NCBI GenBank assembly: GCA_963850305.1
Contig: CAWKKR010000008.1
Coordinates: 608,001-672,000 of the forward strand
DNA length: 64,000 nt
Source of the DNA: an uncultured delta proteobacterium
Lineage (GTDB): Bacteria; Myxococcota_A; Polyangia; Polyangiales; Polyangiaceae
Direction of reading: 5' to 3'
In this document: piece after piece, positions 39,025 through 48,814 of the stretch
Numbering within the stretch: position 1 is the stretch's first letter
Layout of the letters: every line of letters starts with the position of its first letter
The notes under the pieces: generated by a model
What the model was told of the DNA's origin: nothing
Seen by the model: the letters and a program-made list of their open reading frames with translations, nothing else
Databases searched by the model: none
Program-made: the position numbers and the translations under genes

Positions 39025-40284
39025 ATGGATCGGAGAGAGATCGTCGTGAACACCCAAGCGTCGCCGAACGAATCCAGCATCGTGGATCGCCGTTACTTGT
39101 TACGAAGAGAGGTCGGCCGCGGAGACGTCTGCGTCGTGTACGAGGCCGTACACCAGATCACGCGGAGGGTCGTTGCGGTCAAACGCCTCCTGGAGTCGCA
39201 TCAGAACGACGAAGGCCTCCGGGGCAGGCTTCTCCACGAGGCTCAGGTGATCGCAGCGGTGTCACATCCGAACGTGGTGCAGGTCCTGGATGCGGGTCGA
39301 GACGAGACGGGCGTCCCTTACGTCATCCTCGAATACCTCGAGGGACGTTCGCTCGAGGGGTTGATCTCCGCTCGCGGCTTTCTCCGAGTGGTGGACGCCC
39401 TGCACATCGCTAAGGAAGTCTGCAGCGCCCTTTCGTCCATTCACGAAACCGGCGTCGCCCACCGAGACGTGAAGCCGTCCAACATTCTCGTGCTCGCCGG
39501 TTCGTCTTACGAAAACCTTCAAACCGCGCGCATCAAGCTCATCGACTTCGGCAAGGCCACGTCGTCGAGCCTCGGCGCGGCAGGAGGGGCGAAGGGAGGC
39601 GCCGGGGCCGACGAAACCGGACGACCCGAGTGGATGCTCGGAACCGAGGATCCCAACGTGGCCGCGGAGGACATCTTCGGCGTCGGCGCGACCTTGTTCG
39701 AGTGTCTCGTCGGGCGAAGCCCGCTGCGCGGTGGCCAGAGCGGATCGGCCTCCAGGACCACCGCGGCCCCTGTTCCTTCCCTGAAGGCGCTTCGCCCCGA
39801 GGTCCCCGACGTCGTCATGAGGCTCGTGGAGCGGGCACTTCACCGCGGCAACGAGGATGGCTTTTCCGACATGGCCGAGATGCAGAAGGCGCTCGTCGCG
39901 GCGACGGAAGCGATATCCCTCGATTCGCCCGTCGTGGATCGGTCGCGCCGGCGCCACGTACGCGCGCCGTACATCACGCCCGCTCGTTTGACGGTCGGTA
40001 CGCAGACCATCGACGGGCGAACCGAGGATCTCTCGGCCAACGGCCTGATGCTGCTCTTGCCCACCATGCCCGCGCAAGACGCGCGAGTTCAGATCAGATT
40101 CGCGCTGCCGACCACCGGCGCATACGTGGCGACGCAAGCCATCGTTCGGTGGAGGCGCCAGCAAGAAGGGCGCGCGCTGTCCTGCGCCGTCGGTATCGAA
40201 TTCACCGCGCTCCAGGCGGACGCTCGCGCGGCCATCGAGACGTTCGTTCGTATCGTCGGACAAGAGATGGACAGGCGAGGCTGA
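39025..40284 (+). CDS. Ser/Thr kinase fused to a C-terminal PilZ domain
   Basis: VAVK, HRDVKPSN, DFG; RRRHVR and DLSANG. Confidence 0.88.
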   Translation: MDRREIVVNTQASPNESSIVDRRYLLRREVGRGDVCVVYEAVHQITRRVVAVKRLLESHQNDEGLRGRLLHEAQVIAAVSHPNVVQVLDAGRDETGVPYVILEYLEGRSLEGLISARGFLRVVDALHIAKEVCSALSSIHETGVAHRDVKPSNILVLAGSSYENLQTARIKLIDFGKATSSSLGAAGGAKGGAGADETGRPEWMLGTEDPNVAAEDIFGVGATLFECLVGRSPLRGGQSGSASRTTAAPVPSLKALRPEVPDVVMRLVERALHRGNEDGFSDMAEMQKALVAATEAISLDSPVVDRSRRRHVRAPYITPARLTVGTQTIDGRTEDLSANGLMLLLPTMPAQDARVQIRFALPTTGAYVATQAIVRWRRQQEGRALSCAVGIEFTALQADARAAIETFVRIVGQEMDRRG

Positions 40285-40320
40285 CTCCGTGAGACCCGAG
40301 CGGAGGTCGAGCTCTCGGGT

Positions 40321-41427
40321 CTACGCAACCGTCCTCTTGCCAAAGACGGGGCCCGAAGACTCTGCTTTCTCCGTACGATTTCGGCCGGCGGCTTTCGCGG
40401 CATACAGCGCCGCGTCTGCAGCCGCGATGATCGTGACGACGTCCTCGTAACCCTGATCCGTTCCGGCCACCCCAAAACTGGCGGTGACGGACAGCATCGT
40501 TCGAGCCGCTTCGACCGACCTGCCCGAAAGAGAGCTACGGAGACGCTCGGCCACCCCCATGGCGTCGTCCGCTGGACACTCGGGCAGCACCGCGAGAAAT
40601 TCTTCCCCGCCCCATCGCCCGATGTCGTCGTGGATGCGTACGATTCCCTTCATCCGCTCCACGAACTCGACGAGCACCGCGTCTCCCGCGGGATGACCGT
40701 GGACGTCGTTGACCTGCTTGAAGTGGTCCACGTCCGAGAGAATCACCGATACCGGCCGGTGCGTGCGCTGACTTCGTGAGAGCTCCCTGCGAAGAACGTC
40801 CGCGATCGCGCCACGATTTTTCGCACCGGTGAGCGAATCGTAAAGCGCGCGCCGCTCGAGCTCCACCTGGGCTTCGAGCAACCGGTCCTGCAGGAGCACG
40901 ACCCGGCGGCCTGCGCGGATCCGGACTTCCAGCTCCTGCAGATCGATCGGTTTGCGGACGTAGTCGTCGGCGCCCGCCGTGAGCCCGTTGATCAGGTGCT
41001 GCTGACCGTCGCGTCCCGTGCAAAGAAGGACATAGACGTAGGGATCGTCGACGCGACTCCGGAGAACCCGGCACACCTCGATACCGCTCAAGCCCGGCAT
41101 CTCCCAGTCCAGCATGGCGAGGCGAGGCGCATCCGGTTTGAGCAGCATCGCGAGGGCTTTGGCGCCGTCGTGGGTCGCCGTGACGTCGTAACCCCACGAC
41201 GTGAGCGTCTCCTCGAGGTGCTCTCGAGAGAGCCGCTCGTCCTCCGCGAGAAGCAGCTTCACGCGACCGTCCGCGTTGCTCGCCGGCCTCCGGGTGGACG
41301 CGGGCGCCGCGATTATCTCTGGCGGCTGCGACAGGCGAACAGCCGGGTCCAGCGCGGCTTCTGGCGCGTCCGGTCCCCACGAGATCTTCACGCACTCATG
41401 AATACCCCAACCGGTCGAAGAGCGCAT
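40321..41427 (-). CDS. Receiver-GGDEF diguanylate cyclase (start uncertain)
   Basis: LLAEDE, LDWEMPG; DVDHFKQVND..GH..GD; I-site RIHD; GGEEF. Confidence 0.92.
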   Translation of the reverse strand: MRSSTGWGIHECVKISWGPDAPEAALDPAVRLSQPPEIIAAPASTRRPASNADGRVKLLLAEDERLSREHLEETLTSWGYDVTATHDGAKALAMLLKPDAPRLAMLDWEMPGLSGIEVCRVLRSRVDDPYVYVLLCTGRDGQQHLINGLTAGADDYVRKPIDLQELEVRIRAGRRVVLLQDRLLEAQVELERRALYDSLTGAKNRGAIADVLRRELSRSQRTHRPVSVILSDVDHFKQVNDVHGHPAGDAVLVEFVERMKGIVRIHDDIGRWGGEEFLAVLPECPADDAMGVAERLRSSLSGRSVEAARTMLSVTASFGVAGTDQGYEDVVTIIAAADAALYAAKAAGRNRTEKAESSGPVFGKRTVA

Positions 41428-41556
41428 CTACGTCGCGAATCCTCGTGAACCAGCGGTCGTGTGCGCTCCCAGTCCTTGCTCCTCGGGTACCGTCCGGAGT
41501 CCGGGCCTGCGTGATGTCTTGGCGCGGATTGTGCTCAAGCCGCTGCGGACGGCCAT

Positions 41557-41997
41557 GTCCGAAGCGCGGACGCGTCCGTCCGCGCCGGGACCATGCACGT
41601 CCTCGGCGCGGATGCCTCCGTCCTCGCTCAGGACGCGTGCATCCTCGACGACATCACGCACGTCCTCGCTCAGGACGCGTGCATCCGCGGCGCGGACGCC
41701 TCCGTCCTCGCTCAGGACGCGTGCATCCTCGGCGCGGACGCCTCCGTCCTCGCTCAGGACGCGTGCATCCGCGGCACGGACGCCTCCGTCCTCGCCGGGA
41801 CCATGCACGTCCTCGGCGCGGATGCCTCCGTCCTCGCTCAGGACGCGTGCATCCGCGGCGCGGACGCCTCCGTCCTCGACGACATCATTCACGTCCTCGC
41901 TCAGGACGCGTGCATCCGCGCTGACATCACGTCCGTCCTCGACGACATCCTCGCCGATCACAGCGCGATCGTTCGTGATCTTGCTGCGATCGTTCAC
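41557..41997. repeat. Array of about 21 tandem 21-bp units
   Basis: GTCCTCGCTCAGGACGCGTGC exact at 41620, 41662, 41704, 41746, 41830 and 41893, interleaved with related 21-mers. Confidence 0.95.
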
Positions 41998-42410
41998 GAT
42001 CGCGGGGCGGGCGTGAGTGAATGACCGAAGTCGCGGGGCTTCCGCAAGGAGCTCCCCACGACGACCTTCGCAGTCGTGGCCGAACGAGGGCGGCATTCAC
42101 TCCGAGCGAGCACTCGCTCTTCGCTGGTGCCCTTCGTCAGTGCAGGACGACGACTCGTCGTTCGCCGAGCAATGCTCGGTGTCGAGTGTCCCGCGATCCG
42201 AAAGCAGGACCCGCCGATCCGGCGGTGCGGACAGGCTTGGAAATCCCCCTACTTCCGCGATGGCGCCTGCCGTCCTGACGGCGCGCCGTGCGCGCGCTGC
42301 CAAGTTGACACGATCCGACACCCGACGGGTCTGTCGGAAAGCGCGTTTTCCGCGATGACAAGCGATTTGCGGTGCGGCACGCTCTGTGCTCAATGTCCGG
42401 CGGAAACGTC

Positions 42411-43651
42411 ATGAGAAAGAACTTGCTTCGGGGCGTCGTCCTTGGCGGCGCGGTGATGGCGGGGCTCTCGGTTGCGGAGACGGCGGGGGCGCAGACCATC
42501 CAGCTGCCTTTGCAATTCGAGCGTTCAGACAACGATTTTCGATCCGCGAGCCAGTTGCCTCTCTGGGTGAATTACGCCGACTGCGAAAACGACGTGAAAC
42601 TGACGTTTCAGAGCGCTCATTCGCGAACTACGCGACAATCTCCGGGCTCATCCTTCAGGTATGGGCGGGTGGCACCGCCTGCTCCGACGTCGGATCCCGA
42701 ACGACCACGAGCACTGGATGCTGGCTCGTGTACTCCCAAACACCGACCAGTTCGTCACCGATGGACGTGACGATCGCAGCGCGAGATATCGTGGGACAGG
42801 ACAGCATTCTCACGTCGGCACCACTGACCGTCGTCCCGCACAAGCCCGGCGACAGTGCGTGCCAGGATCAAAACGGCGCTCACACGTCCCTCGTGCTCGA
42901 TTTCATGTTCGTGGACGCGTTCGGCAACTTGACGGGTACCGACTCGCAATGGACTCAGACGGGCTTCGACATCACTCCACCCGCACCCCCTGCCGACATC
43001 ACAGTGAGCCCAGGAGACACACGTCTCCACATGACCTGGGGCACCGTCACGGACCCCAACATCATTCAGTATCAGGTGTATTGCACGCCGCCGCCGGGCC
43101 CCGTGCTCTTGCCGGATGGCGGCTACAAGACGTCCTCGTTCCCGGCTGCGCCGTCACTCAAGCCCGAATCCCTCCTCGGCGATGCGGCGTCCATATTTCT
43201 CGGAGCCGGCGGGAGCAGCTCCATCACGACCACGACGCTGCTCGACGGTGGCGAGATCGTCAATCCGGCGGAGCTCGCCGCGGAGAGTTGCGATCCCACG
43301 TCGGTGCTCACGCCTGGCGGATTCCCGAACAGCAAGTATCTCTGCGGCACCGCCGGACAGACCGCGGTGAACGCGACGGCCTCGGGTCTCGTCGACGGGG
43401 TCGGATACGAGGCCGCCATCTCGGCGGTCGATCAGGTCGGCAACGTCGGCCGGCTCTCGGCGAACGTGTGTTCGTCGCCCGAGAAGCTGATCGACTTCTT
43501 CGAGCTCTATCGCGACGCGGGCGGCCAGGGCGGCGGTCTCTGCTCCATTTCGAGGCCGGGTGGGCGCTCCGCCCCGCCCTGGCTCCTGCCGCTCGCCGGT
43601 GCTTTCTTCGCGCTGGGTGCCGGGCGGCGCATTCTCCGGCGGCGTTCGTGA
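42411..43651 (+). CDS. Secreted FN3-like protein with MYXO-CTERM-like tail (MXAN_2561-like); frameshift ~42620
   Basis: Signal peptide; PPAPP..ITVSPGDTRLHMTW; AVDQVGNVG; DFFELY..AGG..GGLCS + TM + RRRS. Confidence 0.75.
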
Positions 43652-43690
43652 TAGAGGACGGCGGACTCGACCCGCAGAAGCGATGACGCC

Positions 43691-44491
43691 GTGAAGCCGA
43701 CTGCCTCTCTACGGATATCCATCGGTTGCCTGGCACTCGGCGCGTCCCTCGCCGTCGCGGAGACGGCCAGCGCCCAGCTGACAGGCGCCCCGACGGCGGG
43801 CATCGATGACCTCGGCGTCTACGGTAACACTCACAATCGTGGTGCGACGGAGTCCCCACAGCACGCGGCCCTCGAGCTGCGCATCGGCCGCTACACCCCC
43901 AAGATCGACAACGAGTTCGCGACGGCCACGCCGTACAAGTCGATGTTCGGCACGGACAGCCGGTACGCCGTCGGCGTGGAGATGGACCTACAGGTCCTGC
44001 GGATCCCGTATCTCGGCACGCTCGGCGTCGGCGGCGCGCTCCAGTACACGAAGATGTCGGCACCGGCGTTCGTCGCCAGCAACTACTCGCGCGGCGGCGA
44101 GGACACGACCCTCACGATCTTTCCGCTCTATGCGGTCGCGGTCCTCCGGGCGGACTACATCGCGCGCAGCACGCCGGTCCCGCTCGTGCCCTACGCAAAG
44201 CTCGGTATCGGCGCGGGCCTCTGGCGCGTGACGAACGGCGGCGGCACCTCGGACGTCGGCGGCGTGAAGGGCAACGGGCTCTCGATAGGCCCACAGTTCG
44301 CCCTCGGCGGCATGCTCCTTCTCGACGCGTTCGACCCCGACGCCGCGTCGTCGCTCGACGACCAGCTCGGCATCAACAACTCCTACGTGTTCGTGGAGTG
44401 GTACGATTCCTTCTTGAACGATTTCGGCACGGGCCGGCAGATGCAGGTCGGCACGAACTCCTGGGTGCTCGGGCTCGCGTTCGAAATGTGA
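43691..44491 (+). CDS. Outer-membrane beta-barrel (MXAN_2562-like)
   Basis: ESPQHAALELRIG.Y.P.ID, PLVPYAKLG, GINNSY, GLAFEM. Confidence 0.8.
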   Translation: MKPTASLRISIGCLALGASLAVAETASAQLTGAPTAGIDDLGVYGNTHNRGATESPQHAALELRIGRYTPKIDNEFATATPYKSMFGTDSRYAVGVEMDLQVLRIPYLGTLGVGGALQYTKMSAPAFVASNYSRGGEDTTLTIFPLYAVAVLRADYIARSTPVPLVPYAKLGIGAGLWRVTNGGGTSDVGGVKGNGLSIGPQFALGGMLLLDAFDPDAASSLDDQLGINNSYVFVEWYDSFLNDFGTGRQMQVGTNSWVLGLAFEM

Positions 44492-44551
44492 TCCGCTCTA
44501 GGAAAGGGGGTCTTGACCCCCGCGGCTGCGCTGCTCGTCGATGCGGAACTA

Positions 44552-45319
44552 CTAGCCTCGCAAGAGCCGGGCGATGTGCGCCTCTTCCCAGGCAATCGCG
44601 CGCTCGTAGTGACGGAACTGTCGCTCGCGTCGCATGAACTCGGGAGGGTGCAGGATGACCTGCCCCCCGATGCGCACCGGCGGCACCAGATGATGCACCA
44701 GCTCGTGATAGACGATGTACGACACGAAATACCGCGGCACCCAGGGCTTATCGAGCACGGGGTGAACACGCACCAACCGCTCTTCGGCGCTGTAAGAGCC
44801 AAGCTTGATCGTGTGGCGCGGCGCTTCGCCAGGTCTCGTCCGGCGACCCCACGTGATGAGGACGTCCCCGAGACGTGCCCCAAAATACGTTTCGTTCACG
44901 CGGTCGAAAATTTCGCGAAGATCATGCGTCTTGCCGCGCGTCCGCAGGGGTCCACGAACGCGACGCGACGCCCGGATGCGGTGGGTGTTCGCGTCGATAT
45001 ACGTCCCGACCGCCTGTGACGCTTCCCGATCCGCGCCGAGCACGTAGTGAATCAGCGCGTCTTGAACGCGCTCGGGCGCGTCGAGAAACATCATGTGGAT
45101 CCGCACGCGTAGCGTTCCCCGCTCACGCGTGTGCGTGATCATCCGCTGCCGGTTATCGGTGACGGCGAGCTGAACCGGGCCCCCGATCGCCAGTTCGAGC
45201 TTGCGTTCTAGCGCCTGTCGCGCTCCTTCATGGACGAAGATCTGCGGGCCACCCGATGTGAACTGGAGCGGCAAGGACACCGTGCCCGGATCGGGAATGC
45301 GAACGGCGGCGGTCGCCAT
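44552..45319 (-). CDS. SprT/YgjP-like zinc metalloprotease
   Basis: KLGSY, HPVLD, YIVYHELVH; start uncertain. Confidence 0.8.
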   Translation of the reverse strand: MATAAVRIPDPGTVSLPLQFTSGGPQIFVHEGARQALERKLELAIGGPVQLAVTDNRQRMITHTRERGTLRVRIHMMFLDAPERVQDALIHYVLGADREASQAVGTYIDANTHRIRASRRVRGPLRTRGKTHDLREIFDRVNETYFGARLGDVLITWGRRTRPGEAPRHTIKLGSYSAEERLVRVHPVLDKPWVPRYFVSYIVYHELVHHLVPPVRIGGQVILHPPEFMRRERQFRHYERAIAWEEAHIARLLRG

Positions 45320-45628
45320 GCGCGGAATCACGGCCGTTCGCCCGCGTGCCTGCTTCACGCCAGCAAGCACCGAAGGCCACGAAAATACCGCCGGGAGAGA
45401 CATGCTCCCCTGGGGGGTATGGGACGGGGTCCATGGCGTCAAGGAATGCGCCTTTCTTTTTTGGTTTCAGCGACTTAGAGGACGTCCGGCGGACCCACGA
45501 ACGGCGAAGCCTAAACCCGCGAACCGGCGTAGGTTCCAGGCACCGCCCCCCGTTTTGCGCCGCGAACGCGACCTTTCACTCCCCGGGTCGGCCCACAGGC
45601 ATTTCCCAGGTTTTCCACAGGGCTCCGC

Positions 45629-46783
45629 TCAGTTTGCGCGAGCTGGGGTGGCGCGCTTGGTGCCCTTGTCGTCTGCGTCGCCGGGCTTGCTGCTCGCCGT
45701 TTGCGGAGATGACTTCGCGGTACCGCCACCCGTGCCCGATGCATCCCCGTCCACGCCGTTGCGGCGCACTTTGAAGTGCGCCAGCAGCTTCGTTTCGAGC
45801 TTGTTCATCAGGGCCGGGTGTTCTTCCAGATACTGGCGCGCCACGTCCCTGCCCTGTCCGATGCGCTCGCCGTCGACGGAATACCAGGCGCCGCTCTTCT
45901 GTACGATGCCGACATCCGCCCCCATATCGAGCACTTCCGCCGATTTGCAGATGCCCTGACCGTAGAGAATGTCGAACTCCACCTCGCGGAACGGCGGGGC
46001 CATCTTGTTCTTCACTACCTTCACGCGCGTCCGGTTACCGACGACCGCGAGCTCTCCCTTCTTGTCGGGGATCGACTCCTTGATCGCCCCGATACGGCGG
46101 ACATCCAGCCGAATCGAAGCGTAAAACTTGAGCGCCTGCCCGCCGGTCGTGGTCTCCGGACTGCCGAACATCACGCCAATCTTCATTCGAATCTGGTTCG
46201 TGAAGACGAGCAGTGTCTTCGAACGGGAAACCGTGCCGGTCAGCTTGCGGAGCGCCTGGCTCATCAGGCGCGCCTGAAGCCCGACGTGCGAGTCACCCAT
46301 GTCCCCCTCGATTTCCGCCTTGGGCACGAGCGCCGCGACCGAGTCCACCACGACGATGTCCACGGCGTTCGAACGGACGAGCATGTCGGCAATCTCGAGC
46401 GCCTGTTCTCCGAAGTCCGGCTGGCTGATGAGGAGCTCGTCGGTCTTGACGCCGAGCCGCTTGGCGTACGTCACATCCAGTGCGTGCTCCGCGTCGATGA
46501 ACGCCGCGACTCCGCCCATGCGCTGAACTTGTGCGATCGCGTGAAGGGTGAGCGTCGTCTTTCCGCTCGACTCGGGGCCGTAGATTTCGGCGATGCGGCC
46601 ACGCGGATAACCACCGATGCCGAGCCCGATATCGAGCCCGAGCGAGCCTGACGGAACGACCTGGACATCTCCGCCGATCGACTCACCGTCCCCGAGGCGC
46701 ATGAGCGCGCCTTTGCCGAACTCCTTTTCCACGCTTGCGATCGCGATCTCGAGGGCTTTGCTGCGCTGCTGCTTGTCGTCCAT
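45629..46783 (-). CDS. recA: Recombinase RecA
   Basis: [50 protein letters not shown]. Confidence 0.99.
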   Translation of the reverse strand: MDDKQQRSKALEIAIASVEKEFGKGALMRLGDGESIGGDVQVVPSGSLGLDIGLGIGGYPRGRIAEIYGPESSGKTTLTLHAIAQVQRMGGVAAFIDAEHALDVTYAKRLGVKTDELLISQPDFGEQALEIADMLVRSNAVDIVVVDSVAALVPKAEIEGDMGDSHVGLQARLMSQALRKLTGTVSRSKTLLVFTNQIRMKIGVMFGSPETTTGGQALKFYASIRLDVRRIGAIKESIPDKKGELAVVGNRTRVKVVKNKMAPPFREVEFDILYGQGICKSAEVLDMGADVGIVQKSGAWYSVDGERIGQGRDVARQYLEEHPALMNKLETKLLAHFKVRRNGVDGDASGTGGGTAKSSPQTASSKPGDADDKGTKRATPARAN

Positions 46784-46870
46784 CGTTCTTCTCCGTCCCT
46801 GAATGCGACCGCTCTTTATCTGCGGTCCGTCCTGAGAATGCGCTTCGGGTCATCCCCGGCGCGTGACCAG

Positions 46871-46899
46871 TGGATACTGTGCGGCTGTTCAGATGTCAA
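46871..46899 (-). promoter_or_regulatory. recA promoter with LexA (SOS) box in the spacer
   Basis: Minus strand TTGACA-N17-TATCCA; CTG-N10-CAG (CTGTGCGGCTGTTCAG, 46877-92). Confidence 0.75.
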
Positions 46900-46957
46900 C
46901 TTTGCAAGGGATGGCGAGCGGACATTGATTGGCGTCCCGGCCCGGTTTCCTCGGAGC

Positions 46958-47482
46958 TCAACGCCGAGCCGACCCATCCGAGCCAGAGTCGCGTCCTGAC
47001 GCTGCGCCTGAATCGGCGCAAGACGTCGCGGCTCCGGGCGCGCAAGCCCTCGCCCACGAGAGCATGACGTCCTTTTCCACAGCGGTCAGCCTCTGGACGG
47101 GAGGTTCTATGGCCGTCGTCTGATACGGCATGAAGCCGCTCGAGATCACGTCTTCGAGGCGATCGACCGGGCGTTCTCCGTCCGCAAAATTACGCCGCGT
47201 GTCTGACCAGACCAGCAGCGGAAACGGCGCGCGAACGCACGTGTCGTTCGCAACGCAGACGTCGAGGACCGCGTCCGAATCGTGACAGCGCCGGCACTTC
47301 GCCGAGAGGACGGCCTCGACGTCGCAGGGGAAGAACTCACCAGCCACCGCACCCGAGTCGGCGCAAGGCGCCGGCCCTGGGTCCGTGGTGGCGTCCCCTT
47401 CATCGGGAAGACCGCCTCGTCCCGTCGTGCATCCGATTGCACCGCACACCAACGCCACGCCACCGAGGCGGCTCCAGCCCAT
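46958..47482 (-). CDS. Lipoprotein with CxxCH heme-c motif
   Basis: AIGC lipobox; KCRRCH; distal MP; LSW. Confidence 0.75.
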   Translation of the reverse strand: MGWSRLGGVALVCGAIGCTTGRGGLPDEGDATTDPGPAPCADSGAVAGEFFPCDVEAVLSAKCRRCHDSDAVLDVCVANDTCVRAPFPLLVWSDTRRNFADGERPVDRLEDVISSGFMPYQTTAIEPPVQRLTAVEKDVMLSWARACAPGAATSCADSGAASGRDSGSDGSARR

Positions 47483-47564
47483 GAAGCCATGATACGCAGG
47501 GAGGGCGCCGATTGGTTGCTTCAAAAATGACGAGGACGCTTCGCGGCACGACCCGGGGACGACC

Positions 47565-48810
47565 CTAGGGTCCCGGGCGCGCCGGAGCTGGCGGCAAGCG
47601 GCGGATCTCGACGCGCTCGGCGCGCCGCGGCGAGGCTTGCGTGACCACGAACTCGAGCCCCTTCCACTCCGCTCGATCTCCGACGCGCGGGACGCGCCCG
47701 ACGATCTCGGCGACGAGGCCGCCGACCGTCACGGCCTGGAGCTCTTCATCGTCGACGCCGAAGCCGCCGAGGACCGCGCGCGCCTCGGCCCAGCCGCGAC
47801 AGACGAGGGAGCCGTCGCTCCGCTTGGTGATGAACGGGTCGACGCGGTCGCTCTCGTCTTCGATGTCGCCGACGATCTCCTCGAGCACGTCCTCGAGCGT
47901 GACGATGCCCTGAGCCCCGCCGTACTCGTCCACGACGAGCGCGAGGTGCCGGCGCTCCTGCTGAAACATGCGGAGGAGCCGTTCGAGCGTCGTGGCGGAA
48001 GGGACGACGAGCGGTTTCGTCGCCAGCCCCTCGAGGTCGATCGTCTCGGGAGCCTCGTGGAGCGTGAACATCAGGTCCTTCACCAGGATGACGCCGTCGA
48101 TGCCATCGAGGTCGCCGCTCGGCGTGTAGGGAAAGCGGCTGTGTCCCGTCCGCTTGACGACGTCCAGGTTCTCGGCAAGCGAGCGCTGCCCCGAGAGATA
48201 GACGACGCGAGCGCGCGGCACCATGACGTCGCGGGCACGAAGTTCCTTCAACGTCGCGACGCCTTCGATCATGTCCGCGGCGAGCGTACCCAGGACGCCC
48301 TCGGTGCGACCGAGCGACGCGAGCAACCGAATTTCGTCCATCGAGGTAACCGGACGCGCCGAGGGCGAGCTCAGTCGTCGCGCGATGGATCGCATCACGC
48401 GAAGCAGCGGCCCGAGCACGACGACGAGTGTCGCGACGCCGTACGCGACTGGCGTCGCGAGGGTGCCGGCGGACGCGACGCCGATGGTCTTCGGGATGAT
48501 CTCCGAGAACAGCAGCACGGCAAGGGTGAACAGGATCGAGAAGACCCAGAGTGTCTTCGGGTCGAACACGTCCGCGTAGAATGCGCCCGCGACCGACGCC
48601 CCGACGGTGTTCGCCGTCGTGCTCAAGGTGAGGATGGCGGCGAGCGGCAGATCGATCTCCCGCTTGTAGCGCCTGAGAAGATCGGCGGCGCGGCGACTTT
48701 CCGAGCGCCTCGATCTGGGCGTGACTCACGCTGAGCAGCACCGCCTCGGAGAGCGAACACACGAAGGACGACACCAGCGCCAGGGCGATGGCAAGGCCGA
48801 AGGCGAGCAT
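47565..48810 (-). CDS. CNNM/HlyC-CorC family protein (DUF21-CBS-CorC); frameshift ~48690
   Basis: SFVCSLSEAVLLS (other frame), SEIIPKT, VMVPR, HSRFP, VVDEYGG..GIVTLEDVLEEIVGDIEDE. Confidence 0.9.
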
Positions 48811-48814
48811 CCGC

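Noticed and set aside
41557..41997. CRISPR array (constant 21-mer alternating with variable 21-mers)
   Set aside because: The 'spacers' resemble each other and the repeat and recur; no cas genes or AT-rich leader
45611..45619. DnaA-box-like TTTTCCACA (also ~47073)
   Set aside because: Isolated one-mismatch hits, with no cluster or origin context
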